A stretch of 61,435 nucleotides of DNA, filler included, from Nemertoderma westbladi (lineage: Eukaryota > Animalia > Xenacoelomorpha): assembly GCA_032718475.1 (NCBI GenBank). It is 3 parts of 3 records of this genome, joined end to end, with 100 filler letters (N's around TTAATTAATTAA, not from the genome) between each part and the next. Parts side by side here need not be neighbours in the genome. Positions count along the whole stretch, not along the records: positions 19,346 to 40,975 come from JAUCBJ010003161.1; 2 more parts are not named here. One strand, written 5' to 3'. Below, piece by piece: positions 23,801 through 35,905 of the stretch; position 1 is the first letter of the stretch; each line of letters starts with the position of its first letter. A model generated the notes under the pieces. It had not been told where the DNA came from, searched no databases, and saw only the letters and a list, made by a program, of their open reading frames with translations. The translations under genes and the position numbers were made by a program.

Positions 23801-25417
23801 TGGGATCGAGTCTTGACTCGGACGAGAAATCAATACTACTACGAAGTCGATCACCTACTCCAAAGGATTGGTGATGAGCGCGATCAGCACGGATGTTGTG
23901 TGGAACGAGCCGAGCGCTAGAGCGACAATGAATAGTCGAACCAATGCGATATCACAGCAGAATATTGGATTATGGGATGAGAGACCTTGGAAAAGGTATC
24001 ACAGTGTGATAAGTATTATACCACGAGGGTACGTCATCAGAGAATTCCGATTTATATTGGAAGAAAACCTGGACCAAGAGATTACTTGGAAGGATGATAT
24101 GGCGAGTCATACTGCAAAGAGAAATATGGTATATTGGAACAAACTGTCATGGATTTATTACATAAAGGTAAAGAAAGCCAAAGGAAGTTGATGGAACAAG
24201 AAGTCATAAATCAGCAACAGTTAGAAGTGGCTCTAACAGTAGCCCAGGATACGTGACACAAGGGGCTGATGTATCTAAGAATCACAAAACCAAAGAAGAC
24301 AGGAGATCCGAGGGAACATTGGATGGATCAGAGATATATTAACCCAGGATATGGATTTTGTGAGAGTTTATATCATGTGAAAATAGCTTGTATATCTACG
24401 GAAACAAGGGTGACGCAATGCATATATTGCGGCTGATATGATCACTTGTTAGCGGCATGCAACTGGTTAAACACGCAGTGCATGGTATGTGGATTTAGAG
24501 GACACACATGATCTGAGTGTCATGAAAGGAATTCGGATGAATGGCTAACGAGGTTCGAATCTTATGCAGCAGGAGGAAAGATTACGTATAGTAGGAACAT
24601 CAGACCCGGCATACACCTTGAATTCTACTTTTTTTTACAGAAGAACAGGCGCGATACATATGAAGAAACAGAACAAACTTCACGAGTCACGAATTGATGG
24701 TATGGTAGCTTCAGCGTAAGTTACCCTGGAGAGAGTCCAGAACGAAATCACATAGGCAGGAATCACGGGATTAGACGATCTCAGACGATGGCTATTACGG
24801 AATGTATCAAGCGCATATACGAAAATGGCCAAGTGAGCGAGAAAGACTTGGAAGAGATACCATTCAAGAAACAGAGAAGATACTAAGACTTCATAATGCA
24901 ATGAGTTCCTATTGTAGTGAAAGTGGGATAAATTAGCCGATTTATACTTAGATAAGTAAGATGTTCCTATATAGTGAATGATAGTTTAGGTAGAAAAATA
25001 AATCCTTTATAGCGATATAAACTGGTTGATTATAATAACGGAAGATAAATTACATATATTGGACATTTATATGACTCTAGGCATATTATTACTTTACAGG
25101 ACTATAAAATAACTTTGTTAATTTCCAGGTAATTATTCCAGTTTATTTTCTTAACCATATTATTTTCAGTTATTGGGAAACAGATAAGTGAGTATAAAGT
25201 AATAAAATTGAGAGAATAAAAGATTATTTGAGGAAGGTAAGTAAATCATCGAGGGGGAGCATTTAACTCAGGAGACGTGAGTATATGAGTATAAGTGAAG
25301 TGAGCATTATTAGATCATAAGTTTAGGCTAAAATGGGGAAATTATTAGATTGGTTTGGCATTACTTTTGTTGTCAGCAAGCTGACGAGGGGGGGGGGGGG
25401 GGGGTGTGAGTGAATAA
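20840..25417 (+). mobile_element. Putative decayed LTR element with no visible pol
   Basis: TGTGAGTGAATAA at 20840 recurs at 25405 directly after a long G-run (PPT-like). The interior has stop-riddled plus-strand coding remnants. Confidence 0.55.
24320..24630 (+). pseudogene. Triple CX2CX4HX4C zinc-knuckle remnant
   Basis: Manual translation: (Y)GFCESLYHVKIAC...CIYCG*YDHLLAAC...CMVCGFRGHT*SEC. Confidence 0.75.
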
Positions 25418-25612
25418 GGCCGCGTTCACACTACCGAGTCAAAGTCAAAGTTAAAGTCAAAATGTAAAAAAAATGACAGGAAATTAATTTATTTCTAGAA
25501 TGCCCTTATGTGTTATATTAGGCCTATATAATGTATTATTATTTATTATTGCTAGCTAGCTATATTTATTTTATTTTGACTTTGAATTTGACTCGGTAGT
25601 GTGAACGCGGCC
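25418..25612. mobile_element. PIF/Harbinger-type MITE
   Basis: TIR GGCCGCGTTCACACTACCGAGTCAAA and its exact reverse complement, with a TAA TSD on both sides. Confidence 0.9.
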
Positions 25613-25909
25613 TAAGGCAGTTATTTTTTATGACACCTTTTTTTTACTCTTTTTACCCCTAATTTTTAGAATTACTTTTATGACCCCTTTTATTGATCTT
25701 TATGACGCCCTTTTTTTTCCAACATTCATACTGTACTGAATCTACATCCAGGCTGTTATTCACACAGTAAACGAATGAATAAAATCAAATACAAATTACG
25801 AAATTACAAATTACATTCAAACATTACAAAATACAATTAAATTAAATCAACTCTGTAACCTTAACATGCACACAAGATGGCATCTGGGCATGTAAAAAGC
25901 TATAAGGTA

Positions 25910-26075
25910 TTTTCTAACCAAAACAATAATCGATCACGATCACTTTACCAATTAAGGGAAAGGAGCAGGTTACAGTGGCGGGCTTTTCTAACCAAAACAA
26001 TAAACGATCACCTTAACAATTGATAGAAAGGAGTAGGTTACAGAGGCGGGTTTTTCTAACCAAAACAATAAACGT
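25910..26075. repeat. Short tandem repeat, 2-3 units of ~65-75 bp
   Basis: TTTTCTAACCAAAACAATAA occurs three times. Confidence 0.75.
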
Positions 26076-27375
26076 TACAAAGTTAGTTGCTGGATACCTA
26101 GTTGAAGGGGCACTACGGTTATACAGTAGTTATACGGTTGTACTGTGTCTGCTACCAGTGTTGTTACTTTAGGTGGAGGACATTGTTGGGGTGGTTGTTT
26201 ACCTACTGATTTATCGTGTTTATCTTGGTATTTATAGGAGTGCTTATCATCAGGGTAAGATATTTTGAATACAGGGTCATTCTGTATTCTTGCTCTCTGC
26301 GCAATGTACTCAACCATCTCAAACAAATTTGGTTCCCTTAGGTTGTCAGAACGAATGGAATCTGCTTTCTTGCGCCAGCCCAACTGGCACCATTGTGAAG
26401 TGTTTCCTATAATGCGATGCATATTAACCATTGTGTGCAATTCTTCTGGGCGTTGTAAATGCTGCAATAGATTAATAGAGTAGTTTAATTAGTCAGAGTA
26501 TTCACGCAAACTGGCTTGCTGCCATCCTTGTTGTATTGATCAATTCATTGACTGTGGCTTCAATGATAAGCGTAGCATGACCATAACGCTCCCTGAGAAT
26601 CTGCAATGCCTTTAGCATAACTTCCTGAAAGCCCTTCATAACCTTCAATGAGTTGCTTCGGGGGCAAGTGAGATATTGTAGTAACATTGACAATTTCTCT
26701 GAATCTGGCAAGTTCTTAACGTGAATTTGGTCGTAAAAATTTTGCAGAAAACTAATGAATTTGGTGGGATTACCATCAAACTTTGTTGGAACAAGTTGAG
26801 GTATACTAAGACGGAAGACGCATGGTTACATTCTCTAGAAGACAGTTCGTTGCTTGATGTGCTTGGTCTAAAATTGACTGGCTTGTAGATTTTATTGCAT
26901 TAGTTTGCAAATTATCTATCTGAAAGACTCGAGCAAATGTAGCATCTGGGCTGTCGTCATCCCCAAGATTTGTTCTAGAATGGATCATAGGTGCTGGATT
27001 ACATGGTGGATGATTAAATGTATTGTCAATATACTCTTGAGATACCATTTGGTTGATCCAGTTAGAACCTGATAGGTCAGCTGCACAAGATGTTTGCACA
27101 GATTGGGGCACCTTTTGCACATGTGACAATTGTGTCGTGCTGCTATTGGTTGCTCGAAAAGGTTTTGGCTGAGGTGGGATATGTGAAGCTGATGTATTGT
27201 TCGGGTATATTGCATTAATATTGGAAAAATTGTATGCATCTGTATTGCAGCTATTCATGTCTGCATAAGACTTGGGTAGTGATATTTGTTGCTGTTGGTA
27301 TGGTGCTGGTGCAGGAAACTGGAGAATTGTGCCATGAGGATTTACCATTCGGTAAAATGCATGTAGGTGGTTCAA
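26075..27375 (-). pseudogene. gag: Degenerate gag of a different BEL/Pao family
   Basis: VPTKFDGNPTKFISFLQNF...LPDSEKLSMLLQYL...LRERYG...WRKKA...NDPVF, split across frames. Confidence 0.75.
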
Positions 27376-27867
27376 ACAAATGGTAAATCCATTAACTCAT
27401 GGCACATTTCTCCAGTTCCTAACAGTAAAACATAAAGTACAGCGCGTAAACTAAGAAATCAATAGGCCCCTAGGTAATAATATGCAGCCAGGTAGGACGT
27501 ATTGCTCCGAGAATTGCAGATTTGAGACAGTCCGCAAATAACGGGATTTTCGGGGTATCTTTCAACTTCACATCCGTTACAGTACGGTAAGAAGAATCAT
27601 TCATTAATGATATGCTAGCCTCGAATGAGTGAGAGGCTGCAGGCTGCAGTATTTATAGAGAATGGAGGCTACTGTCGTGGTTGTCATGGTGAGTCGGGTT
27701 ATGACCTCTGGCTGTCAAATAGATGACAGCCAATATGAATGTTGAATATACCAGAATGGACAATGAAGTGATAATAAGAGAAATACTGATATGAAAGAAG
27801 TATTCTCACCACGACAATCACTTCAGAGCAATGTTCAACCAATCAGAGCACAGTAAACTAATAAATG

Positions 27868-28808
27868 GGTGTCGTCGCGTTACGGCTAATGTCGCGTTAT
27901 GGCTAATTTTTTGAGAGATTAGCCATAACGCGACTTTCAAAGTCGCGTTACGGCTACTCTAAAAGTCGCGTTACGGCTAATTGTCGCGTTACGGCTAATC
28001 TATTGTCTTGGTTTTACAAAGGAAATCATTATCAATATTATTCTATGGTGTTTACGTACAGATGAGGTCCGAAAAATGTAATCAAATAATGTTTTACAGC
28101 ATGGGAGTCTCCGGGGGGGGGGGGGGGGGGATTTTACCATCTTTCATACTATATGTTCTTCGACAACCTCACATTCAATATAATATTGTATTCTATGGTA
28201 TTCTTAGTCACAGCCTCAAGCACAGGTACCGATTACAGCCAATAATAGCAGCCAAAGAAGCAATGAGTGGTGTTGTGGAACATATTCCCTACTTTATATC
28301 GATGTTGTTAACCAACGCCTGGCTCGCTACCTGGGCCATATCGCGCTCTGTTTGGGAACTGACATAAGCAGGCAATGGCCGTCCTTCCAGCCGCCGATCA
28401 CCCAGCTGCATTGGGAGGGGGTGGTGATCCCGACTGGCATGTTGGTGTAGTGAACCACCCCTTCGCGGCTGAACTATTTCTTCCCAACCCAACCCCGACC
28501 ACCCCTTCGTGGTCGAACCAATTCCAACCCACCCCACCACCGAACCAAATGCCATACGCGGACGATGACTGGCTAATTCAAGACATTTCTTAGTTCAGAT
28601 TATTAGTTTTAGATACTTTTGATTTGATTATTATAATGATAAATTCAAAGTGCAATATTTCGGCAAAATACTGATACAGGTATACTTTCGACCAATTTAC
28701 CTATATGGTACTGTGTACTGTGGTACTAATGCAACAAAAATAATACAATAATTAAAGTTTTTTTAGTTTAAATCCGTAACGCGACATTAGCCGTACCGCC
28801 ACTGCGCC
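27868..28808. mobile_element. Non-autonomous DNA transposon with 8-bp TSD (MULE- or Merlin-like)
   Basis: GG...CC termini, subterminal GTCGCGTTACGGCTAA repeats, and TSD AATAAATG at 27860-27867 and 28809-28816. Confidence 0.8.
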
Positions 28809-29566
28809 AATAAATGTGGATGTACAGTACAAGAGATAGAGAGAGAGATACGAGGTTACACTGTGAATAATAATGTAGTAAGTAAGGCAATATTGAAATA
28901 TGGCGACCAACTATTGTTACTTGACTTACTAATATTGAATAATATAAGATGGGCTGAGGGTTACTAATGCATACTGGACTAAACAGAAATATTACCAACT
29001 CTAAACTGCACCCTATCTAAGAATAATATGAAATCGCGTTGCAACACTTTTCCGTGGCCGCCAGCCAATACACTAACCCAGGACTTTTGTGGAATTTTGG
29101 ACCCTTGCCATTGGTCCAAAGGGCCAATAAACAATAAGTGTTCGAAATTCCACAACATTTCTTAGATTAGAGCCTCATGACTTAGGGTTAGGGCTGTAGG
29201 GTTGCATGACAGTTTTAATTAGGGTTTCGGGCCGCCATTTCACTTTGAATTAGGGCTTCGGTTTCGGACCGCCACTCTCGAAAATCGGGGGTGAAAATGC
29301 TCTGGCAGTCTGGCTGTCTGGTAGGCATTTGGCGCCAGGCGAAAATGTGCCTAAATTTCCCTGGAACCAAAATTTGAAAAAAAACTGACAAAAAAGTAAA
29401 AACACCACAAAAAGTGATATACTGCAGTAGGCCTACAATTACATTGCCGTAGTCTTCGTCTATTCCTGCATTCAATGATAATACAGATTTTAATTTACCG
29501 CCAAAATACTGAAATCTATGTGGCCGTGGCAGATCCTGATCTGCCACTCTTTCCAGTACAAACTAG

Positions 29567-30903
29567 GACTAGCGCTTAGATGTTGAATCTACAACTCAGA
29601 AATCAGCCACTCAGGTGATAGAAATAGCCTCATTATATATTAGCCAATAAGATGTCCACCTTTAGTACATACGCCTGCCTGGTGTGACATAAAGAGGGTT
29701 AGAATTAGGAATATCGGCACCCTGTTAATCCGATAAGAAAAACCCTGGAACTCTGCTCATCAAGTACTGACGGAGGAGTGGACTGACAAATGGGTGCTTC
29801 TCAATCACATGTCTCTTTAAAACTAAAGCAGCTGCTGGTGTAGGAGAGGTCACATTTGTCGCATGTTAACAACTCTTGAGTTTGAGGAGTAAAATCAAGG
29901 TGTTTCAAACGCAGGTGTTTTTTTATAAAACCCACTGCGTTTGAAAACCATTCAGCACTCAGTGCATGAAAATGACATTGCTCTAGGCTAACAAAAACTG
30001 AAAGTTTATAACAAAGTAGGCCTAGGCCAGTACAGTAGGCAGGCTGGCAGGCCCTAATTAATAATACATACAATAGGCCTAAATACATAAGAGGCCTACC
30101 ACGCGCAGTATGGATGGCCTGAGACAAGAGAAGTTTAATAACTTCAAAATTAATAATACAGTACATAGCATAGGCCCTTACAATAAATACATAATAGGCC
30201 TACACAGTACAGTAAAGAAACAACATAATTAGGCCTACTGAATTAAACATTCAATTGCTGCTGTACGCCGGCAGACCGAGATACTCCTATGTAGGACACC
30301 GGCAGCATTCTTAATGCAGCTGCTTCCAACATGCCCATTATAGATAGATAATTGAAACCTGAAAAAGGTGGACAGTCCAATCACTAATAAATAGCATTGC
30401 TTTAATACTTTTCTGATTGGTCAGACTATTATCTATGTTTTTTGTGCATGTGTCCAGTCCACCTTTTTCAAACACACATCTTATTCACAATTATGTAACT
30501 AAGAAAGCGAAACTTGAAAAAGGTGGACAGACCAATTGCTACAAACTGCTTTGCATAATACGTTTCTGATTGGTCTGTCCGTTGTCCATGTTTTCTGTGT
30601 CCAGTCCACCTTTTTCAAACACCCGTACAGTAGGCCTAATAAAACAACATAATTAGTGAATTAACATTCAATTGCTGCTGTACCGGCAGACCGGTATTGT
30701 TGAAATAACGGGCAGCGAGCTATCAGTCTGCTTATTTTATAAATCTTTCAATACTGCAATACCTGAATACCCTGTGCACTGTGTACCGGTAGCAGTTCTG
30801 CAGTTGTCTCCTAATTGGCTAATATTTAATGAGGTTATTCCTATTACCTGAGTGGCTGATTTCTGGATTTCTCAGTTGTAGATTCAACATCTAAGCGCTA
30901 GTC
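29567..30903. mobile_element. 1.34-kb element bounded by ~85-bp inverted repeats
   Basis: GACTAGCGCTTAGATGTTGAATCTACAACT at the left end and its reverse complement ending at 30903. No clear TSD. Confidence 0.7.
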
Positions 30904-31201
30904 AAACAGTCAAATTACGTATCTTTCAATAATTTTAATTTCCCGGGCTATGGAGCAGGGTGGCACCTTTTAGGGACTTGTCTGTAGTTAGTTATAGATC
31001 CTCTGACCCTATTAATTATTATCGTCATAGTGCATTGCATAATTAGCACTGTAGGCGTACATTATTATTAACTTGGGGCGAAGAGAATAGACTTGGTGCG
31101 AATAGCAGGAAATAGGTCGAGGGGCGAATCGACCCGCACCCGACCTCTACTGTAGGCCTAACTGCTAACTGACTACCGGGACCGAACTGAACCATGACTG
31201 C

Positions 31202-32137
31202 ATGATGAGCATAATTCCTAAGTTTCCTTTGTTTTTCACGTTTTGTTTATCACTCATCTTCGTTGTTTTGGATTCGTCACCGAATGATAAGGTTAGGCGT
31301 TTTATTACCCATGAATACGAAGATGCACACGAAAAAAACCAGACATTCAAATACCCAGAATGGTTTCAGAAGATTGAATGGGAAAGTAGTCTGGATGTCG
31401 CGAAACTGTACCGGCAAGAAGATCTTATATACGAAAAACAGAAAGGTAAACCCATAGTGCCCGGGAAGACTGAAGAAGTAAAGTACGAGATTACATTCTC
31501 CGCAAATGGGGAATTCAAGATAAATCCGTTCATTGTCCCTTACGATTGTGGCGAATACAAGTTGCTATTCGGTCCACCCGATCCCGATGATAGGCCTAGT
31601 GAAAAGGCGATTTATTTCGAAATCTCATGTTTCCTGAAGGATCTTAGACAAATCATGCTGTCAATCAGATACAACCAAGGGAATGACGCGGTTCTGGATT
31701 GCAAGATGGGAGGCTATCCTTTACCTAAAAAGTCTGATGTAGACTGGGAGGAGGAAGATATTGAGACGTCTACCTGGAAGCCACTTACATGTGAAGGGGA
31801 AACCGCGCCGTGTAATATTAGTTACAAAGCGGATAAGAATAAGAACATTGTTACCAGCAACCTAACCTTACTAGATGTCACGGCCGATAACAAAAGGTCC
31901 TACCGGTGTAACATGACTCATACCTATTACAAGTCTGGGACGCAGGGTGATACCACCAACACAACTTCGTGGACGATACTGCTCCGCGTACAGTTGCCCA
32001 TCGCCCATCTGTGGCCCGCCATTGGTATCTTCGTGGAGGTCGTTATTCTCATAGTCTGTCTCGCCCCCGAATACATGAAGAACCGACGGCATAATACACT
32101 GCTCGCAACCAATCAGGTCGCGCAGAAAAATAAGTGA
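31202..32137 (+). CDS. Basigin/neuroplastin/embigin-like Ig-superfamily type I membrane protein, single-exon ORF
   Basis: Hydrophobic N-terminus, Ig domain LDC..GYP..W...NLTL..V..D..SYRC, N-glycosylation sequons, TM LWPAIGIFVEVVILIV with the family's intramembrane Glu, and a basic tail. AATAAA lies downstream at about 32440-32480. Confidence 0.85.
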   Translation: MMSIIPKFPLFFTFCLSLIFVVLDSSPNDKVRRFITHEYEDAHEKNQTFKYPEWFQKIEWESSLDVAKLYRQEDLIYEKQKGKPIVPGKTEEVKYEITFSANGEFKINPFIVPYDCGEYKLLFGPPDPDDRPSEKAIYFEISCFLKDLRQIMLSIRYNQGNDAVLDCKMGGYPLPKKSDVDWEEEDIETSTWKPLTCEGETAPCNISYKADKNKNIVTSNLTLLDVTADNKRSYRCNMTHTYYKSGTQGDTTNTTSWTILLRVQLPIAHLWPAIGIFVEVVILIVCLAPEYMKNRRHNTLLATNQVAQKNK

Positions 32138-32548
32138 ATCTCTGCCAATCAGGGGCGAGATGTTGTAAACACTGTTCGAACAAGTTTATAATTTTAATTC
32201 AATTAATTTTTTTACGATTTTCTAGCGAATTAATAGGATATTGTTTCTGTTCTGTTTCTATCTTTGATTAGTAAAGTAGGCTACGTAACTAGTCGAGTTA
32301 AAATATAATATAATAATAATAATAATAATATAGTTTTCAATTGTTCGTTATGGTGCCCAAGACATTTTGACATGTTCTTTTCTATTAATTACAAATTAAA
32401 TATTTTTTGTATATAAATTCAATGCAGTTGTATCAAATTGTAATAAAATAATAATAGGCTCCATTAGTCTGTGCAATAAACAGTTTGTATTGTATACAGT
32501 TTTTTATATTTTTTTCTTTTTAAATTTTGTGAAAACAGTTTGTAATAT

Positions 32549-32862
32549 ACAGTTGTTTATATACAGTGTTTATTGTTTATATACAGTGTTTATTGTTTAT
32601 ATACAGTGTTTATTGTTTATATACAGTGTTTATTGTTTATATACAGTGTTTATTGTTTATATACAGTGTTTATTGTTTATATACAGTGTTTATTGTTTAT
32701 ATACAGTGTTTATTGTTTATATACAGTGTTTATTGTTTATATACAGTGTTTATTGTTTATATACAGTGTTTATTGTTTATATACAGTGTTTATTGTTTAT
32801 ATACAGTGTTTATTGTTTATATACAGTGTTTATTGTTTATATACAGTGTTTATTGTTTATAT
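32549..32862. repeat. 20-bp minisatellite, ~15 copies
   Basis: (ATACAGTGTTTATTGTTTAT)n, essentially perfect. Confidence 0.97.
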
Positions 32863-33109
32863 TCATTGTTTATATACAATATTTATTGATATATTCGCCT
32901 GTTTGTTTAGTTATTATAGTAGTATACATTTAATAGTTGTTTTGCAATTTTATATACTTTACATACAAGGAAATAACACTCTGTTCTATTGATATCTTAA
33001 TTATTGTTTGTTTATATGATTTCTGTCGAATTTTCAGTTAAATGTAAAATGCAAAATACCTAATAAATATTATATTAAACTATTTTATATTACAGATGGG
33101 AATATGTAT

Positions 33110-35905
33110 ATGTACAGTACGTGTATCTGTATACCTACATATATTGGGACACATAGAGGTTGGGACCTGGGTGGGTGTACAGTACGTGTATCTGTATACC
33201 TACATATATTGGGACATATAGAGGTTGGGACCTGGGTGGGTGTACAGTACGTGTATCTGTATACCTACATATATTGGGACATATAGAGGTTGGGACCTGG
33301 TGGGTGTACAGTACGTGTATCTGTATACCTACATATATTGGGACATATAGAGGTTGGGACCTGGGTGGGTGTACAGTACGTGTATCTGTATACCTACATA
33401 TATTGGGACATATAGAGGTTGGGACCTGGGTGGGTGTACAGTACGTGTATCTGTATACCTACATATATTGGGACATATAGAGGTTGGGACCTGGGTGGGT
33501 GTACAGTACGTGTATCTGTATACCTACATATATTGGGACATATAGAGGTTGGGACCTGGGTGGGTGTACAGTACGTGTATCTGTATACCTACATATATTG
33601 GGACATATAGAGGTTGGGACCTGGGTGGGTGTACAGTACGTGTATCTGTATACCTACATATATTGGGACATATAGAGGTTGGGACCTGGGTGGGTGTACA
33701 GTACGTGTATCTGTATACCTACATATATTGGGACATATAGAGGTTGGGACCTGGATGGGTGTACAGTACGTGTATCTGTATACCTACATATATTGGGACA
33801 CAGAGGTTGGGACCTGGGTGGGTGTACAGTACGTGTATCTGTATACCTACATATATTGGGACATATAGAGGTTGGGACCTGGACCTGGGTGGGTGTACAG
33901 TACGTGTATCTGTATACCTACATATATTGGGACATATAGAGGTTGGTACCTGGGTGGGTGTAGTTACTGTATCTGTATACCTACATATATTGGGACACAT
34001 AGAGGTTGGGACCTGGGTGGGTGTACAGTACGTGTATCTGTATACCTACATATATTGGGACATATAGAGGTTGGGACCTGGGTGGGTGTACAGTACGGGT
34101 ATCTGTATTCCTACATATATTGGGACATATAGAGGTTGGGACCTAGGTGGGTGTACAGTACGCGTATCTGTATACCTACATATATTGGGACATATAGAGG
34201 TTGGGACCTGGGTGGGTGTACAGTACGTGTATCTGTATACCTACATATATTGGGACACAGAGGTTGGGACCTGGGTGGGTGTACAGTACGTGTATCTGTA
34301 TACCTACATATATTGGGACATATAGAGGTTGGGACCTGGGTGGGTGTACAGTACGTGTATCTGTATATCTACATATATTGGGACATATAGAGGTTGGGAC
34401 CTGGGTGGGTGTAGTTACTGTATCTGTATACCTACATATATTGGGACATATAGAGGTTGGGACCTGGGTGGGTGTAGTTACTGTATCTGTATACCTACAT
34501 ATATTGGGACATATAGAGGTTGGGACCTGGGTGGGTGTACAGTACGTGTATCTGTATACCAACATATATTGGGACATATAGAGGTTGGTACCTGGGTGGG
34601 TGTACAGTACGTGTATCTGTATACCTACATATATTGGGACATATAGAGGTTGGGACCTGGGTGGGTGTAGTTACTGTATCTGTATACCTACATATATTGG
34701 GACATATAGAGGTTGGTACCTGGGTGGGTGTACGTACGTGTATCTGTATACCTACATATATTGGGACATATAGAGGTTGGGACCTGGGTGGGTGTAGTTA
34801 CTGTATCTGTATACCTACATATATTGGGACATATAGAGGTTGGGACCTGGGTGGGTGTAGTTACTGTATCTGTATACCTACATATATTGGGACATATAGA
34901 GTACCTGGGTGGGTGTACAGTACGTGTATCTGTATACCTACATATATTGGGACATATAGAGGTTGGGACCTGGGTGGGTGTACAGTACGTGTATCTGTAT
35001 ACCTACATATATTGGGACATATAGAGGTTGGTACCTGGGTGGGTGTACAGTACGCGTATCTGTATACCTACATATATTGGGACATATAGAGGTTGGGACC
35101 TGGGTGGGTGTACAGTACGTGTATCTGTATACCTACATATATTGGGACATATAGAGGTTGGGACCTGGGTGGGTGTACAGTACGTGTATCTGTATACCTA
35201 CATATATTGGGACATATAGAGGTTGGGACCTGGGTGGGTGTACAGTATGTGTATCTGTATACCTACATATATTGGGACATATAGAGGTTGGGACCTGGGT
35301 GGGTGTACAGTACGTGTATCTGTATACCTACATATATTGGGACATATAGAGGTTGGAACCTGGGTGGGTGTAGTTACTGTATCTGTATACCTACATATAT
35401 TGGGACTCATAGAGGTTGGGACCTGGGTGGGTGTACAGTTACGTGTATCTGTATACCTACATATATTGGGACATATAGAGGTTGGGACCTGGGTGGGTGT
35501 ACAGTACGTGTATCTGTATACCTACATATATTGGGACATATAGAGGTTGGGACCTGGGTGGGTGTACAGTTACGTGTATCTGTATACCTACATATATTGG
35601 GACATATAGAGGTTGGGACCTGGGTGGGTGTACAGTACGTGTATCTGTATACCTACATATATTGGGACATATAGAGGTTGGGACCTGGGTGGGTGTACAG
35701 TATGTGTATCTGTATACCTACATATATTGGGACATATAGAGGTTGGGACCTGGGTGGGTGTACAGTCCGCGTATCTGTATACCTACATATATTGGGACAT
35801 ATAGAGGTTGGAACCTGGGTGGGTATAGTTGCTGTATCTGTATACCTACATATATTGGGACATATAGAGGTTGGGACCTGGGTGGGTATAGTTGCTGTAT
35901 CTGTT
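33110..35905. repeat. 65-bp satellite, ~43 copies
   Basis: Unit GAGGTTGGGACCTGGGTGGGTGTACAGTACGTGTATCTGTATACCTACATATATTGGGACATATA, with a 62-bp variant. Confidence 0.97.

Noticed and set aside
29181-29225. Telomeric TTAGGG repeats
   Set aside because: Only two or three scattered units.
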